Shown in pieces: positions 45,878-58,565 of a DNA stretch of 64,000 nt. The notes under the pieces are model-generated. The model saw nothing but the letters and a program-made list of their open reading frames with translations. It did no database searches and was not told the origin of the DNA. A program made the translations under genes and the position numbers. Source of the stretch: Calcarisporiella thermophila CBS 279.70 (lineage: Eukaryota; Fungi; Calcarisporiellomycota); contig NW_027192193.1 of assembly GCF_041956535.1 (NCBI RefSeq), positions 1,107,192 through 1,171,191 of the forward strand, in the 5' to 3' direction. Numbering within the stretch: position 1 is the stretch's first letter; every line of letters starts with the position of its first letter.

Positions 45878-47947
45878 ATGATGCGTCTTTGGCCTTTCCT
45901 CTCATTTGCATCTGTTCTTTTAGCTGGTATCGTCTCGCCTGTCCTCGGTCATGGCAAGCACGCTCACCATGTGCAGAAGTTCTCTGAAGTTGGCCACTTC
46001 CCACATAACAACACCCATCTCAAGATAGCCCACCACGAGTCGCATCCGAAACACAGTATGCGTTATAAACACCCAGAACTGTGTGATAAGAATGTGAAGC
46101 AAATTTCCGGATATATCGACACTCCAGACGACAAACACTTTTTCTTTTGGTTTTTTGAGGCACGACATAGCCCCAATAAAAAACCCCTCGTCCTATGGTT
46201 GAACGGAGGACCTGGATGTAGTTCAATGACAGGTTTGCTGATGGAACTTGGGTAAGAATCAGAATTTGCCAACAAAATCTTTTTAAATTATCTAACTGGA
46301 CTTCTAATCTACGTTAGACCCTGTCAAGCTAAGGAGGATGGCTCAGACGTCATCTATAACAAGTACGGGTGGAACGAGGACGCAAACATGTTGTTTTTAG
46401 ACCAGGTTTGTGGCTTCGAGGATTACAACCTTCAGTGAGGTCTATAAGGAATATAAATGGCTCCTATTAATTTTTTAGCCCATCAATACCGGCTTCTCCT
46501 ATGGCCCGCAAAATATAACTGACACCTTCATGGCTATGGAGGATATGTACGCTTTTCTCCAACTCTTCTACAAGGAATTCCCAGAATATGGTGATCTTCC
46601 GTTTCATATTGCCGGTAGGTTAATCTAAGTAGTTATTGCAGTTGTCTGTGATAACATCCTGAGCCAGCTTTTGCTGGCAACGAATTGTGAATTAATAATT
46701 TTTTTTCTGTGATTTATTACTCGCACACCTAGCACGGATATACCTTATTAACCTATCGTATTGTTTTTTATTAACCAAAAGGGGAATCGTATGCCGGCCA
46801 CTATATACCGTATGCGGGATATATGATCAATCGAATGAACCAGGGCAAATATCTTGAGAGATTCGAGCATCATCAGCATCTCAAAAAAATTCCACTTCAG
46901 TCGCTCCTCATCGGAAACGGGTTAACAGAAGAGATTTCAACGTATCAGTATTATCATAAACAGGCTTGTGATGGCACATATGGCCGTGTGCTTCCGGAAA
47001 AGAATTGTACTGCTCTCGAGGAAAAAATGCCTGCGATGATCGACCTCATAAAAAAGTGTTATGAGACGAACAGCGATGAGGATTGCGGACATGCATCCAA
47101 TACCGCTCCAGAAACTGTTTTCACGTAAGAAGTTCATTAATGGGTTACTTAATATGGACGTTGAGCTTATGAATGCTGGCCTCGTTTATTAATTCTCAAA
47201 TGAAAGGTACTATCAACTAAATGCATATGATGTTCGCAAGAGTTGTGTCGATACCTCGGGTGGTCTATGCTACAAGATCTTGGACGGAATTTCTACTTTC
47301 CTCAACAAGAAAGAGGTCCAGGAGCAGATTGGTGTGGATCGAGTTTTCAAAAGCTGTACATATGATATCTATAATTATTTTGTTGTAAGTATGCGTATAT
47401 TGAAATTTCATTTCAAAACCCGTTCTCAACTCATTTTGCTTGAATTTCCAGAATGCCGGCGACTATATGCGCCGTTTCGACATATATTTGCCTGAAGTCC
47501 TCGAATCTAATATCCGCGTCTTGATATATGTAAGTAGCTAGTCTTTTTCATTTTTTATTTTAAGCTTGCTCGACATCTCACTATCGAATTTTCCCTCTAT
47601 TTGTATATATTATAGGCCGGAGATGCAGATTTTATCTGTAAATTGTCTTTAAGATGTTAGAAATTTCGTGAAAATAACCTTTTTTTTGTTACTACTTATC
47701 AGGCCACTGGTATGGAAATAAGGCATGGTCACTAAGACTCGACTGGGAAGGCCACGAGGAGTTTAAAAGGGCAAAAGACCGAAAATGGTATGTCAATGGC
47801 AGGGCCGCCGGGGAAGTACGCGCCACGAATGATAACCGCTTTTCTTTCGTGCGGGTTTATCGTGCCGGCCACATGGTTCCATATGACCAGCCTAAGAATT
47901 CCCTTAGCATGTTCTCTCGCTGGATCAAAAATAAGCCTCTATATTAA
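45878..47947 (+). CDS. Secreted serine carboxypeptidase, S10 (CPY-like); multi-exon
   Basis: Signal peptide; [12 protein letters not shown]|[15 protein letters not shown] and [10 protein letters not shown] (catalytic triad). Confidence 0.95.
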
Positions 47948-48581
47948 GATAGAAACTGCGTTATAGAAAATATATTGTTGACATAATTCATTATTTTATC
48001 TTATATTCTATATTTACTATTGCGTAATCCTTTGAAATGCTTTCTTTGTTATTTCCTTTATCTGGCTTCTCCGTTATCTTCCTCCTGATTTGAATGAACC
48101 ATTTTACTTTAAATTTAAATGGAGATATAACAAACTGGAATGTAATCTTTTATATTTAAAATATAATCAATAAACTGATGTTATAATCAATCAAGACATT
48201 TGCGATATAAAAATCAAAGTGGACTATCTCGTGTGCTTTAAGATGGTGGGCTCTTTCTTTTTTTCGTTACACTCCTCTCGGAATATAGATGAACAATTAC
48301 TTAATGAGTAGGCTCTAGATTGGAAAATGGCTACGCCACTTTCTTGGTTTCGAACTCCTCTACTGCTTCTCCCTTCATCGGGTCCATTCATCTCATCACG
48401 CGCTTTGTAGTATCCTACGCTTAATTAAAGGGTGATGACAAGTGTTTGACCTGTTGCATCAATTACGAACTAATCCATTTTGTTTCACAGGTATTTATTT
48501 ATTCATAATTCGCTTTCCTTTTTTCGCTTGTGCTGGGATAATACCTTTGAATTGTATACCGAGTCAATTTAATTCGTTAAC

Positions 48582-51500
48582 ATGAGCTATATAAAGAAAG
48601 ATGAAGATGGTGGTAAGATGAACTTTTCTTTTTATTATAAAATTTCAATGTTTATAGGTTTGAAAACGGTGTAGGTGATGTTGGGATCTTTTACCATCTC
48701 GATAAGACGACAGTACTCCAAGAAGCTCGTGTTTTCAACGAGTCTCCAATTAATCCGCGTAAATGTCGTTTACTCCTCACAAAAGTTCTCTACCTTATGT
48801 ATCTTGGAGAGACATTTACCACGACTGAGTCAACTGAGCTATTTTTTGGAGTAACAAAGCTGTTCCAGTCAATGGATGTGAGTAACATATGGTGAATTTT
48901 GGATGTTTTTCGGCTAACATTATTATCTATATTCTGATGCATAAATCCCATTAGGCTCCATTACGGCAGATGGTCTGTGTTATGATTAAGGAGCTTTCGG
49001 CCATTTCCGACGATGTCATCATGGTTCGAAATAGTTTAATGAAGGATATGCAGGCCAAGTCAGACGTTATCTATCGATCCAATGCCATCCGAGCTCTATA
49101 TAAAATCACAGACGTTAGTGTTGTTTATGATCGAGGATATAAATCTATTTTTATGTTTATTGTATCATTTTGGTAGGCCACTATGTTCCAAGGGGTTGAG
49201 CGCTTTTTGAAGGCCGCTATCGTGGATAAAACATCGGCTGTTTCCTCGTCAGCACTTCTTTTCAGCTATCATCTCTTTCCTATTGCAAAAGATGTCATTC
49301 GGCGATGGTCAAACGAAGTCCAAGAGGCAGTCAACGCTGGTCGTCCCGGATTTACTGCTACTGCTTCGGCATTTATGACCTCATTTACATCGGGCAGTGC
49401 TCAACAGCCCCCTGCCAAGTCCACCAGCCATATCACCCAATATCACGCGCTAGGCCTGTTATATCTGATAAAACAGCATGATCGAATGGCCCTTATTAAG
49501 CTGGTTCAGACTCTAGTGGGTGGCGGTAAAAGCAGCTATGGATCTCCCTCGGGAGTTCTGAAGAACCCATTCGCGATATGCTTAATTATCCGATACACCG
49601 CCAAAATAATCGAAGAAGATCCAAGGTAGCATATAAAATTCCCTAGATGAATCCTTTTCTGTGACTAACTCAGTCATTATGACAGCACCGCAAAACAGTT
49701 GGGTGAAATGCTAGAGGGATTTTTACACCATAAAAATGATACAGTGAGCCTTGAGGCAGCAAGGGTTATTTGCGACATAGTGGAGCTCACTGGAAAAGAT
49801 TTGCATTCAGCTATCTCTGGTATGCTTAGTACTCCTAGTTGTTCTTTTTTTCGTGATTTTGAATGGAAGTATAATCGTGCATCATTTGATAGTTTTACAA
49901 CTTTTCCTCGCCTCTCCTAAACCCACCCTTCGATTCGCAGCCATCCGAACCTTAAACAAACTCGCGATGACGCATCCTTCAGCAGTAGCTTCATGCAATG
50001 TAGATATGGAAAATCTTATCACTGACAGCAATCGAAGCATTGCTACTTTTGCCATCACGACTCTTCTTAAGGTATTTTAGAAAAAGCGTTTGGCCAGTCC
50101 ACATGCTTTTGCATCCATTCTAATTTGCTATCTTCTCTAACCTTTCAAGACCGGCAACGAAGCCAGCGTCGATCGCCTTATGAAACAAATCTCGGGCTTT
50201 ATGTCCGAAATATCCGATGAGTTTAAGATCATCGTTGTGGAAGCGGTGCGCTCTCTTTGCCTCAAGTTTCCACAGAAACAAGCTTCCGTGCTCTCTTTCT
50301 TGAGCGGTCTGCTGCGCGATGAGGGCGGATACGAATTTAAGAAGGCTGTTGTCGAGGCGATATTTGACCTGATCAAATTCATTCCTGAATGCAAAGAGAC
50401 AGCACTGGCACACTTGTGCGAGTTTATTGAGGACTGTGAGTTCACCAAGTTATCGGTACGAGTACTGCACCTCTTGGGCGAGGAAGGTCCTTGTTCAGCT
50501 AAGCCGACCAACTTCATTCGCTTCATCTACAACCGCGTCATCTTGGAAAATTCTGTGGTTAGGGCAGCAGCGGTGAGCGCCCTTGCTAAGTTTGGTGTGA
50601 ACTGTAACGATGAGGATGTGAAGAAAAATATTCGTGTGCTTTTAACACGGTAATTTTTTTTTATCGTTTCTCCTCTTTCTTATCTCGCTACTTCTCTTCT
50701 CCATTACTGAGCATTGGGTTTTATCTAACGTTTGCATTAATTTATAGGTGCCTTGATGATTCTGAGGACGAGGTTCGTGACCGATCGACCTTGTTCCTAA
50801 AAGTCATGGCAGGCGATGCTTCAGCTGAGCATTTCGTTCGTGAAGGTACGGATACTTCTCTACGAGAATCGTGTTCTGTTTGTAGCATAGGGTATTGATT
50901 TCTGTTCATTTAGATTCTACTCTTGCGCTCGGAACTCTTGAACGGCAACTCTTGAATTATTGCAACAATCCCGAGGCTGCCAATAAACCCTTCGATTTCT
51001 CTGATATCCCACGCATATCCAAATCCCAAGAAGAATCTGATAGACTGCAGCTCAAGAATGCCGTGATGACGCAGACTCTAGGAATTCCTGTAAACAACAC
51101 ATCAGCGGCCTCAACCAATTCCTCTACTTCCATGGCTGCCAACAGCCTCTCTCTTAACCTTTCCGATGTGTCTCAGCACGAGATGTACGTCGCGCAACTG
51201 GAAAAAATTCCAGAGTTTGAAGAGTATGGCCCTCTATTTAAGAGCTCATCAAAGCCGATAGAGTTGACCGAGAAAGAGACCGAATATGTGGTGACATGCA
51301 TCAAGCACTGTTTCCACGAGCATATTGTGTTCCAAGTAAGTGCCCACTTCTTAGACGTTATTTTTTAAAAAATAGTTCGGCTGACGACTTGTTTTTAATA
51401 ATTTTTAGTTTAACATAACCAATACGCTTCAAGAATATTTGCTTCAAAATGTATATATGTTGATGCAGCCGGAGAGCGATGAGTACGGAGTCGAAGAGGT

Positions 51501-52132
51501 GGCAAGTATTCCTGCTGAGGCGATTGCGTGTGATCAAACTGGGGTTGCATATGTGTCCTTTAGACGGAAAGACGTCTCCGAGTATTCTCTGGGTAAATTC
51601 GTTAAGATAGAATTCGACGGATATTTGTTCATACTAATACTTCTCTTTCCATTTCTCAGCCTCGTTTATTAATACTCTCAAGTTTGTCGTTAAGGAGTGC
51701 GATCCTACCTCAGGGGATCTAATTGATGAAGACGATGAGGGCTATGAGGATGAATATCAGGTGGAAGACATCGAGTTGCTTACAGGCGACTACATGAAAC
51801 CTACGTACGAGCCAAGCTTTGTCAAGGCGTGGGATCAGCTAGAGGCTGAAGTGGTTGAGACATTTTTCCTTGACCCGGAGCGTGCAAGCAACATTAAGAC
51901 GGCTTGCAGCTCACTTATAGATCTGCTAGGTATGCAGCCTCTGGAAGACACCGCGAATCCCAAATCGTCTACTGCACATAGCTTGATTATGAGTGGTGAA
52001 CTGTTAGAAGGGGGCAAAGTTCTTGCACGGTGTCGAATGACTCATGTTGCTGATGAAGGTGTCGCGTTGGAATTGACAGTACGCAGCGAAAATGAGGAGA
52101 CAAGCCAAGTGGTGCTTGGAGCCATTGCGTAG
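48582..52132 (+). CDS. SEC21: Coatomer gamma subunit (multi-exon)
   Basis: [54 protein letters not shown] and [10 protein letters not shown]. Confidence 0.95.
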
Positions 52133-52229
52133 TTTTTTTATTTTTTAAATAAATAGGGAAGATTGTGTCTTGGGTGTCATTTTATATATTCTGGGAATAT
52201 ACTTTGCACTTAGAAATGATTAAATTATA

Positions 52230-53876
52230 AAGTAACACCGGAAAGTTTTAGGGCACCTTAAAATTTTTACTTTTACCTAAATATTTCTCTACAAACAACG
52301 TCCATATAAAAAAACAATTAAATATTTGAAAATCCCACTTACGCCGTTACCATTACATATACAACTGAATATCCTTTGCTAATTCTCTTCAAGTGAAATA
52401 TTAATATATTTCGGAAAATTTCTTAAATCCAGATATAGAGATTTTACATGGTGCCAACCTTTAATTATCTTTCTTTACAGGGGCATTATAATGAATACTC
52501 AATAATTTGTATGAATAAAGTGCTCTCCGACTACCACTTAGTATATCCTACTTTTGCCTTAATAACAGCTTGGATCCGTTCTGGCATCGTGCGGATCAAC
52601 TTCATACAATCCTCCTGAGTGAATGACTCCCAGATAATATTCACCTTTTCCCACAGATCATCCTGACTCGTTATCTTTGGGAGTCTGCTCCTCAGACGTC
52701 CCTTTAGCTCAGCCCATAAATTTTCGATGGTGTTGAGATCTGGTGATTGTGAAGGCCAATCGAGAAATTGGACTTGGTTGTTTTCAAACCATTGATCAAT
52801 GAGTTTGGCTTTGTGCTTGGGGTCGTTGTCGTGTTGAAATACTATTTCTTGTTTGCTGAGATTATTCAGTTGAAGCGTGGCTATCATCTCTTGGTTGAGG
52901 ATTCTTGAATATATTTCAGCGTTAAGATTTTCTATTATACGACATGCCCTTCCAATGCCGTATGAAGTCATGCATCCCCACATCATAATACTCCCGCCAC
53001 CGTGTTTGATCGTTGGCTGTATATGACGCTCTTGTAGTGGTCCATTACGCTCTTCCAGAACCACTCTCGCCTTTCATTGCCAAAGATGCGTATTTAGCGC
53101 TCGTCCGAAAATATGACGCGGCTCCAATCTTCAACGGTCCAACTATTGTATTTCTGTGCAAATGCCAGTCTCTTAAGGCGATGCCTTTTCGATAGAAAAG
53201 GTTTTTTCTCTTGATCCTAGCTACATAATCATTACGATGGAGTGCTTCACGAACAGTGTTCACGGAAATAACCTCCTCAGTTGTCTCGTTCCAAAGTTCT
53301 TGCGCCTTGACTGCGTTCTTACACTCTCCCGTCGCCAAGCTTCTATATAATCTATTTTCACCACGGCTGGATAATTTTCGAGGGAGACTCATTTTCTTTC
53401 TTGGAGGATTGTTTGATGTATTCTCTTTATTCTAGAGTATTCTCGCCACGCTACTTTTTCCAATGCCTTCTCGGGCGGCAATTTCGCGTGTTGAGTATCC
53501 CATTCGAGGGGGACGGATACGCGAGCACGTTTACTTGGAGTGATTCGAGGCATAGGGCTTGTTTTATAAAATAAATAGGAGTATGATTAGCAGAAAATAT
53601 GGAGCAACTTTTGAGCCGTAGTCACCTTTAGATATCGAGCTACAAGGGTACAAGTCTACCCCGGTTTATATCGGTCAAAACTGTCCCACTTCATTTTTCA
53701 TAATAAATCGGTATATCCATGTAAAGTTGCAACTAGTCCATATTGTGAACATCGTGAAAGCAGGCACAGATAGTTTTTAAAAAATAAATAGTATTTATTT
53801 GAAATAGAAATTTTTCAGGAAATATGATCAATTTATTAAAAATAAAGAGGTGCCCCAAAACTTTCCGGAGGTACTT
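52230..53876 (-). mobile_element. Tc1/mariner DNA transposon (DD34E), full length, TA target duplication
   Basis: TIRs AAGTAACACCGGAAAGTTTTAGGGCACCT (52230-52258) and the reverse complement of 53848-53876, 3 mismatches, each flanked by TA. Confidence 0.92.
52531..53552 (-). pseudogene. Decayed Tc1 transposase
   Basis: WSRVIFSDE followed by in-frame TAA (53094-53096) and frameshifts; KHGGGSIMMWGC, FQHDNDPKH and WPSQSPDLNTIE (D-34-E spacing counted). Confidence 0.9.
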
Positions 53877-54206
53877 TATATCTTATATTACCGAGGACTT
53901 AATTATCCATTGAGAACTCTACAATACAATCTTATATTTATAGAAGTTGAAGCCGGATTTGGCCATGGGTAGGATTCCTTTGACTTTCGCTTCTATACCT
54001 TTCAGATGATTTTCATTTAACTTGGTATATATTTATGCACTGTAAAATATTGGTATAATCATATCACATTAAGGGAAAGTTTATTCGAACTGTCGTCTTC
54101 CATAAGACATTTTGTGACTGGTATTTTCCATACTTGTAATATATATCCAACTTCTCATTTTATATCCTATAGACCTCATTGTGTATCAGTTTATAATGCT
54201 GCTCCA

Positions 54207-57200
54207 ATGTCAACTGTAAAAAAATTAAATGACAAAGTGATCAGACAATTAAGAGCGTAAGTTATTAATCTTTTTCAGCTTTCTGTATTCTTTAATTTAG
54301 CAACCCATGCTAATCCGAATAATTACATTTGCCACACTTTGTTGCTTATCATTTCTACCAGATCTTTGACAATTACTTCAGTCAAGCAATGTATTATAGA
54401 GCTTGTTCAAAATGGTAAATAGTCATAACTTTTTTTCTCTTATTAGAGTTATAGAATTAATATGAGCTTCTATCATTAGCGCTGGACGCCAATGCCACCA
54501 CCATTGAAATTCTTGTTGATTTAAGTAGCTATGTCGTGCAAGTAACTGATAATGGTGACGGGATCACACCAATAGATCTGAGACGTATTGGAGAGAGATA
54601 TGGTAAGTTTGTTTTGTAAATTTGGGCCTCCATTTCTAAATTTATCTCTGCTATGACATTTAGTTACGTCTAAACTCTCCTCTATGGAGGAGTTACTCCA
54701 AATACGCACACTTGGGTTTCGAGGTGAAGGTAGTCAGCTCCGGGTGGATTGCTAGTGAGTTGCTTATATTCTAACAATTATTTTTTTCGTTTAGCCTTGG
54801 CAAGTATTTCGGATGTGGCCTTACTAGAGGTTTCAAGCAAGCATAAAGGGTCATATACGGCCTACATGTCTATTGTAAAAGTAAATATTTTTTGCATGGC
54901 TCGTGCTTTCATGATTGAGATTTATTGACCTTTTCAATATATTTTTTATGGATTAGAATGGAAACGTTTTAGAGTATGGTCCTGCGCGTGCTTGGGGGCA
55001 ACCCAAGTCTGGTACACGAGTGATTGTGCGGGACTTATTCTATAAGGTAGACTTTTATGAACTACACTGAATCCAAAAACTGCGCTCAATGTCTTTTGTG
55101 ATGAATTGGGTTAGTTTCCTATCCGTCGGAAAAAGCTTTCCTCCTCTGGCCTCTCTCTAGAAAACGAGATCAATAGTATTCGACGGGCTCTTGAAACACT
55201 TGCATTGGCCTTTCCATCCGTCACCTTCACATTAGAAGATCAAACACGAAATACTAGATTGTTGAAAACGCAAAAGGTAGATATTTCCATTATTAAACCA
55301 AGTTAGTTTTTGTGCTAATATATGATTATACTGCAGTCAGATTCGATGCTTACCACATTCTGTCAAATTTTTGGCGCACCACTCGCCAAAGGAATGAAGA
55401 GAGTAGAGCTGGAGCGAGATGATATACGAATCCATGGATTTATGTCAACCAGAGGATATTACACAAAGGTATGCAATCGATTTCGGAATGTTGCTTTTTC
55501 AGAATCTTTCCTTCCTTGAACTAATTGATATTATACTTTTAGTACCATCAATATTTATGTATGTATTTTCATTTTGATATATCCATATAGTCTATTTTCG
55601 ACAAACTGCTTCCATTCCATAGATATTAATTATCGACATGTCGCTCATACCAGCTTCCATAAGCTTATCAACCAGCTTTTTGCACAGAGTTTGTTTTTGA
55701 AGCAGGTAGGAAATTTTGTTTGTTGCAGTCATACCATTTACAGAGCATTTGGCATATCTAGTATTTATGTGGACACGTACTTTTTTTAGCCAACTAAGTC
55801 ATGGTTCTCTGAGAACTGCCATCCGAACATTGCCTATGAATCCGATCAAACGAAAAAGATTCAAGAGAGATATCCAATCTTTATCTTGAATGTGATATGC
55901 CCTCCATCTGAATACGATTTATGTAGGGACCCTACTAAAACAATTATAGAATTTGAGGTTCAAGTGCATTCTTCAGTAATATTGTGTGTTTCCCTTCTAA
56001 AACTATTATTATATTTATTATAGAATATTGCAAAATTTCTTTCCATATTCCAGCACCTCGTTGCTGGTTTCCTGTTAGAGAATGATTACTTGACACAATC
56101 GCAGTATAAAGCCATGTGCTCGCTGGATGGCAATTTTTCTGATAAAATTAATGTAGTTGGAGGGCAAACACAAACACCTGGTGTTGAACCATTAGAAGAG
56201 AGTAAAAAAGTAAGTGATGGTCATTTTCGTGATTCCTTTCGGCACTCCATACTAAAAAAGTGTTTTTTTTTTTAGACAAGGGCTCTCCAAACGCTATGTC
56301 CAACGGCTTTTGAACGTGGGCTTTTCCAAACACCCCCGCCGAGTTCTCAAGAGGAAGACTACAAACTTTCTGTGCCAATGTTGGGGTATCAGCCGTCTAT
56401 TGTCTCGACCAGTTCGGACGAAAAGGACTCTCACCATGACTCCAATCCGAATTTCGATATCTCTACCACTAGCTTAAAATCATTCACAGGTGGTGCTGGA
56501 TCTATTACAACAAGCAAATTTTTTCAGCAAAAGGAAGCACAGATCTCAAATCCTTTGCCCATACGTCTCAATAAGGAAGCTCTGGAGCAGGCAGAGGTCA
56601 TTGCTCAAATAGATTCTAAATTCATTGCTTGCCTTCTACCAGATTCGATTGTAGTCCTCGTGGATCAGCATGCTGCTGATGAACGAATCCGAGTTGAGAA
56701 TTTGCTGGAGGAGTTAGCCGCTCCCAGGCGGGTTAGACTCGAGCCCTCACTCGAAATTAGTATGACAGCACGGGAGGCTAGTTTGGTGGAGAGCTATATC
56801 GGCCAATTTTGGGAGTTTGGAATTGGACTCGAGGTGAAGGAGAAACACGCAGTAGAGCGCTCCACTTCGCGGCATTTCTCACAGAAAGATGCCGATTTGC
56901 TATTGCGGGGAGATGCAATTGTATCAATAACACATTTACCGTCATTGATAATTGATCGATGCGTAGTAGAGCCACGGTTGGTATATGATCTCGTGAGACA
57001 GCATATCCATTGGTTAGAGGAGGCGAGTGAATATTTGGCACCCGTTGGTTCAAGTGATAAAACTATCAATGCCGACAACTTAGCCTGGGTTAGTCGATTG
57101 CATGATTGCCCGCGAGGGATTTTGGATTTGGCGAATTCCAAAGCCTGTCGTAGTGCTATCATGTTTAACGACTTGCTCACACCAGGACAATGCAGAACTC

Positions 57201-57413
57201 TTATAGCTGCCCTTGCTAAATGTGTATTTCCGTTTCAATGTGCACATGGGAGGTAAAATAACCCATTTTTATACAGAACCAAGGGAATTTAAAGAAAATT
57301 AATCGGCTATTTTTCTCTATGTTCTTGCTATAAGACCCTCCATGATACCTATCATTACACTCCCTCCTCGTTTCCCCCGCCGGCGACCTTCCCTCTCCCG
57401 CTGGCGTAGATAA
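54207..57413 (+). CDS. MLH3: MutL-gamma subunit Mlh3 (many short exons)
   Basis: ELVQNALDA, DNGDGI and GFRGEAL ATPase motifs; DQHAADERIRVE, ACRSAIMFND and FPFQCAHGRPS endonuclease motifs. Confidence 0.93.
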
Positions 57414-58565
57414 TATAACTAAAAGTTGAACTACTAAGCCACCAGATATATTATTTATTGAATATCCCATAAATTCGGCACCAAATTGTTTTTTGCAATA
57501 AATTGAAAATAGTATGCATTGACTGTCCCTTATCCTGGACCGCTTTGGTCGTGTTGCTCACAAATTGCTCGGTATAGAGGTCGATTTGGCTAGAGCGTCA
57601 TCCAAAGCGAAGAACAATGTTGTGCGGCGCCGAATCTGACCCTCTTGAATTCCCCTTTCCACTAGGAAACTCTCAGGGATTTAGGATTTATATAATGGTT
57701 TGGACATGTATTTAAAAAAAAAAAGACATTAATAATATATAATCGCTTGGATGGGGCTTTATATTGTTCCTCCAGATAATAAGTGTCAAAATGGGTGGAC
57801 AAAACACTCTGGCTCTCCCCATTCGAGGGAACATACCCCCTTGCCATCTGCAGTCTGTTCTCGGCAGCGGGCTGCATGGTGGACAAACTGTCAGAAATTC
57901 TTGGGAACCGACGGTGCAAGGCCCGCTCCTGCTCTTATAATAGAGGGGCGTGGATTGGGCAAAGAAAAACAGAAAAACTAAGAATTCAGAAAAGTAATCA
58001 AGCCTTGCTCTGCGAGCCAATCCCTTTGCTCAACTTCCGCTTTTCAAAAGGCAAAATGGTTCACCCTTTTCTTTTTTAACCCCGAGTTTCACCTGCAGCA
58101 TTTCTTGCCTAAAGTCGACGTCAGCAGAAATTCACACTTTACTCTATACTATTATATAGCTCTACTTCCGATATTTATGGAGCACTATACCGCACACATC
58201 GAATGCCCCTATTGATTCCCATTGTTCTTTCCTGATCGAATTCCGCACCCATAACCTTGTTCTCCACACCATCTCCGCAAACATCGGTGTGCATACGAGC
58301 ACGATATATCTTTAGATCCCCCCCTTCTTTATTATCCTCTGCTACATCAAATTCCATTGCTCCACCTTGTGGTGCCTTTAACTTCTTCGATTTCTCGCTT
58401 GCTACTCCCCCTGAATCGTACTCCTTTAAATTTATAAACTGTAATTATTCATGTAACCGATCGAAATCAATTCTAATTTTAACCAAGGTGAAGCATTAGT
58501 TTTCAATGGATGGTGTTGGTTTGATCGAGTTACTGCCAGCAAACTAACCTTTGAATCCTTTAGCT

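Noticed and set aside
48432-48565. Box C-like GTGATGA upstream of SEC21 as a snoRNA
   Set aside because: No proper CTGA box D, terminal stem or recognisable rRNA guide
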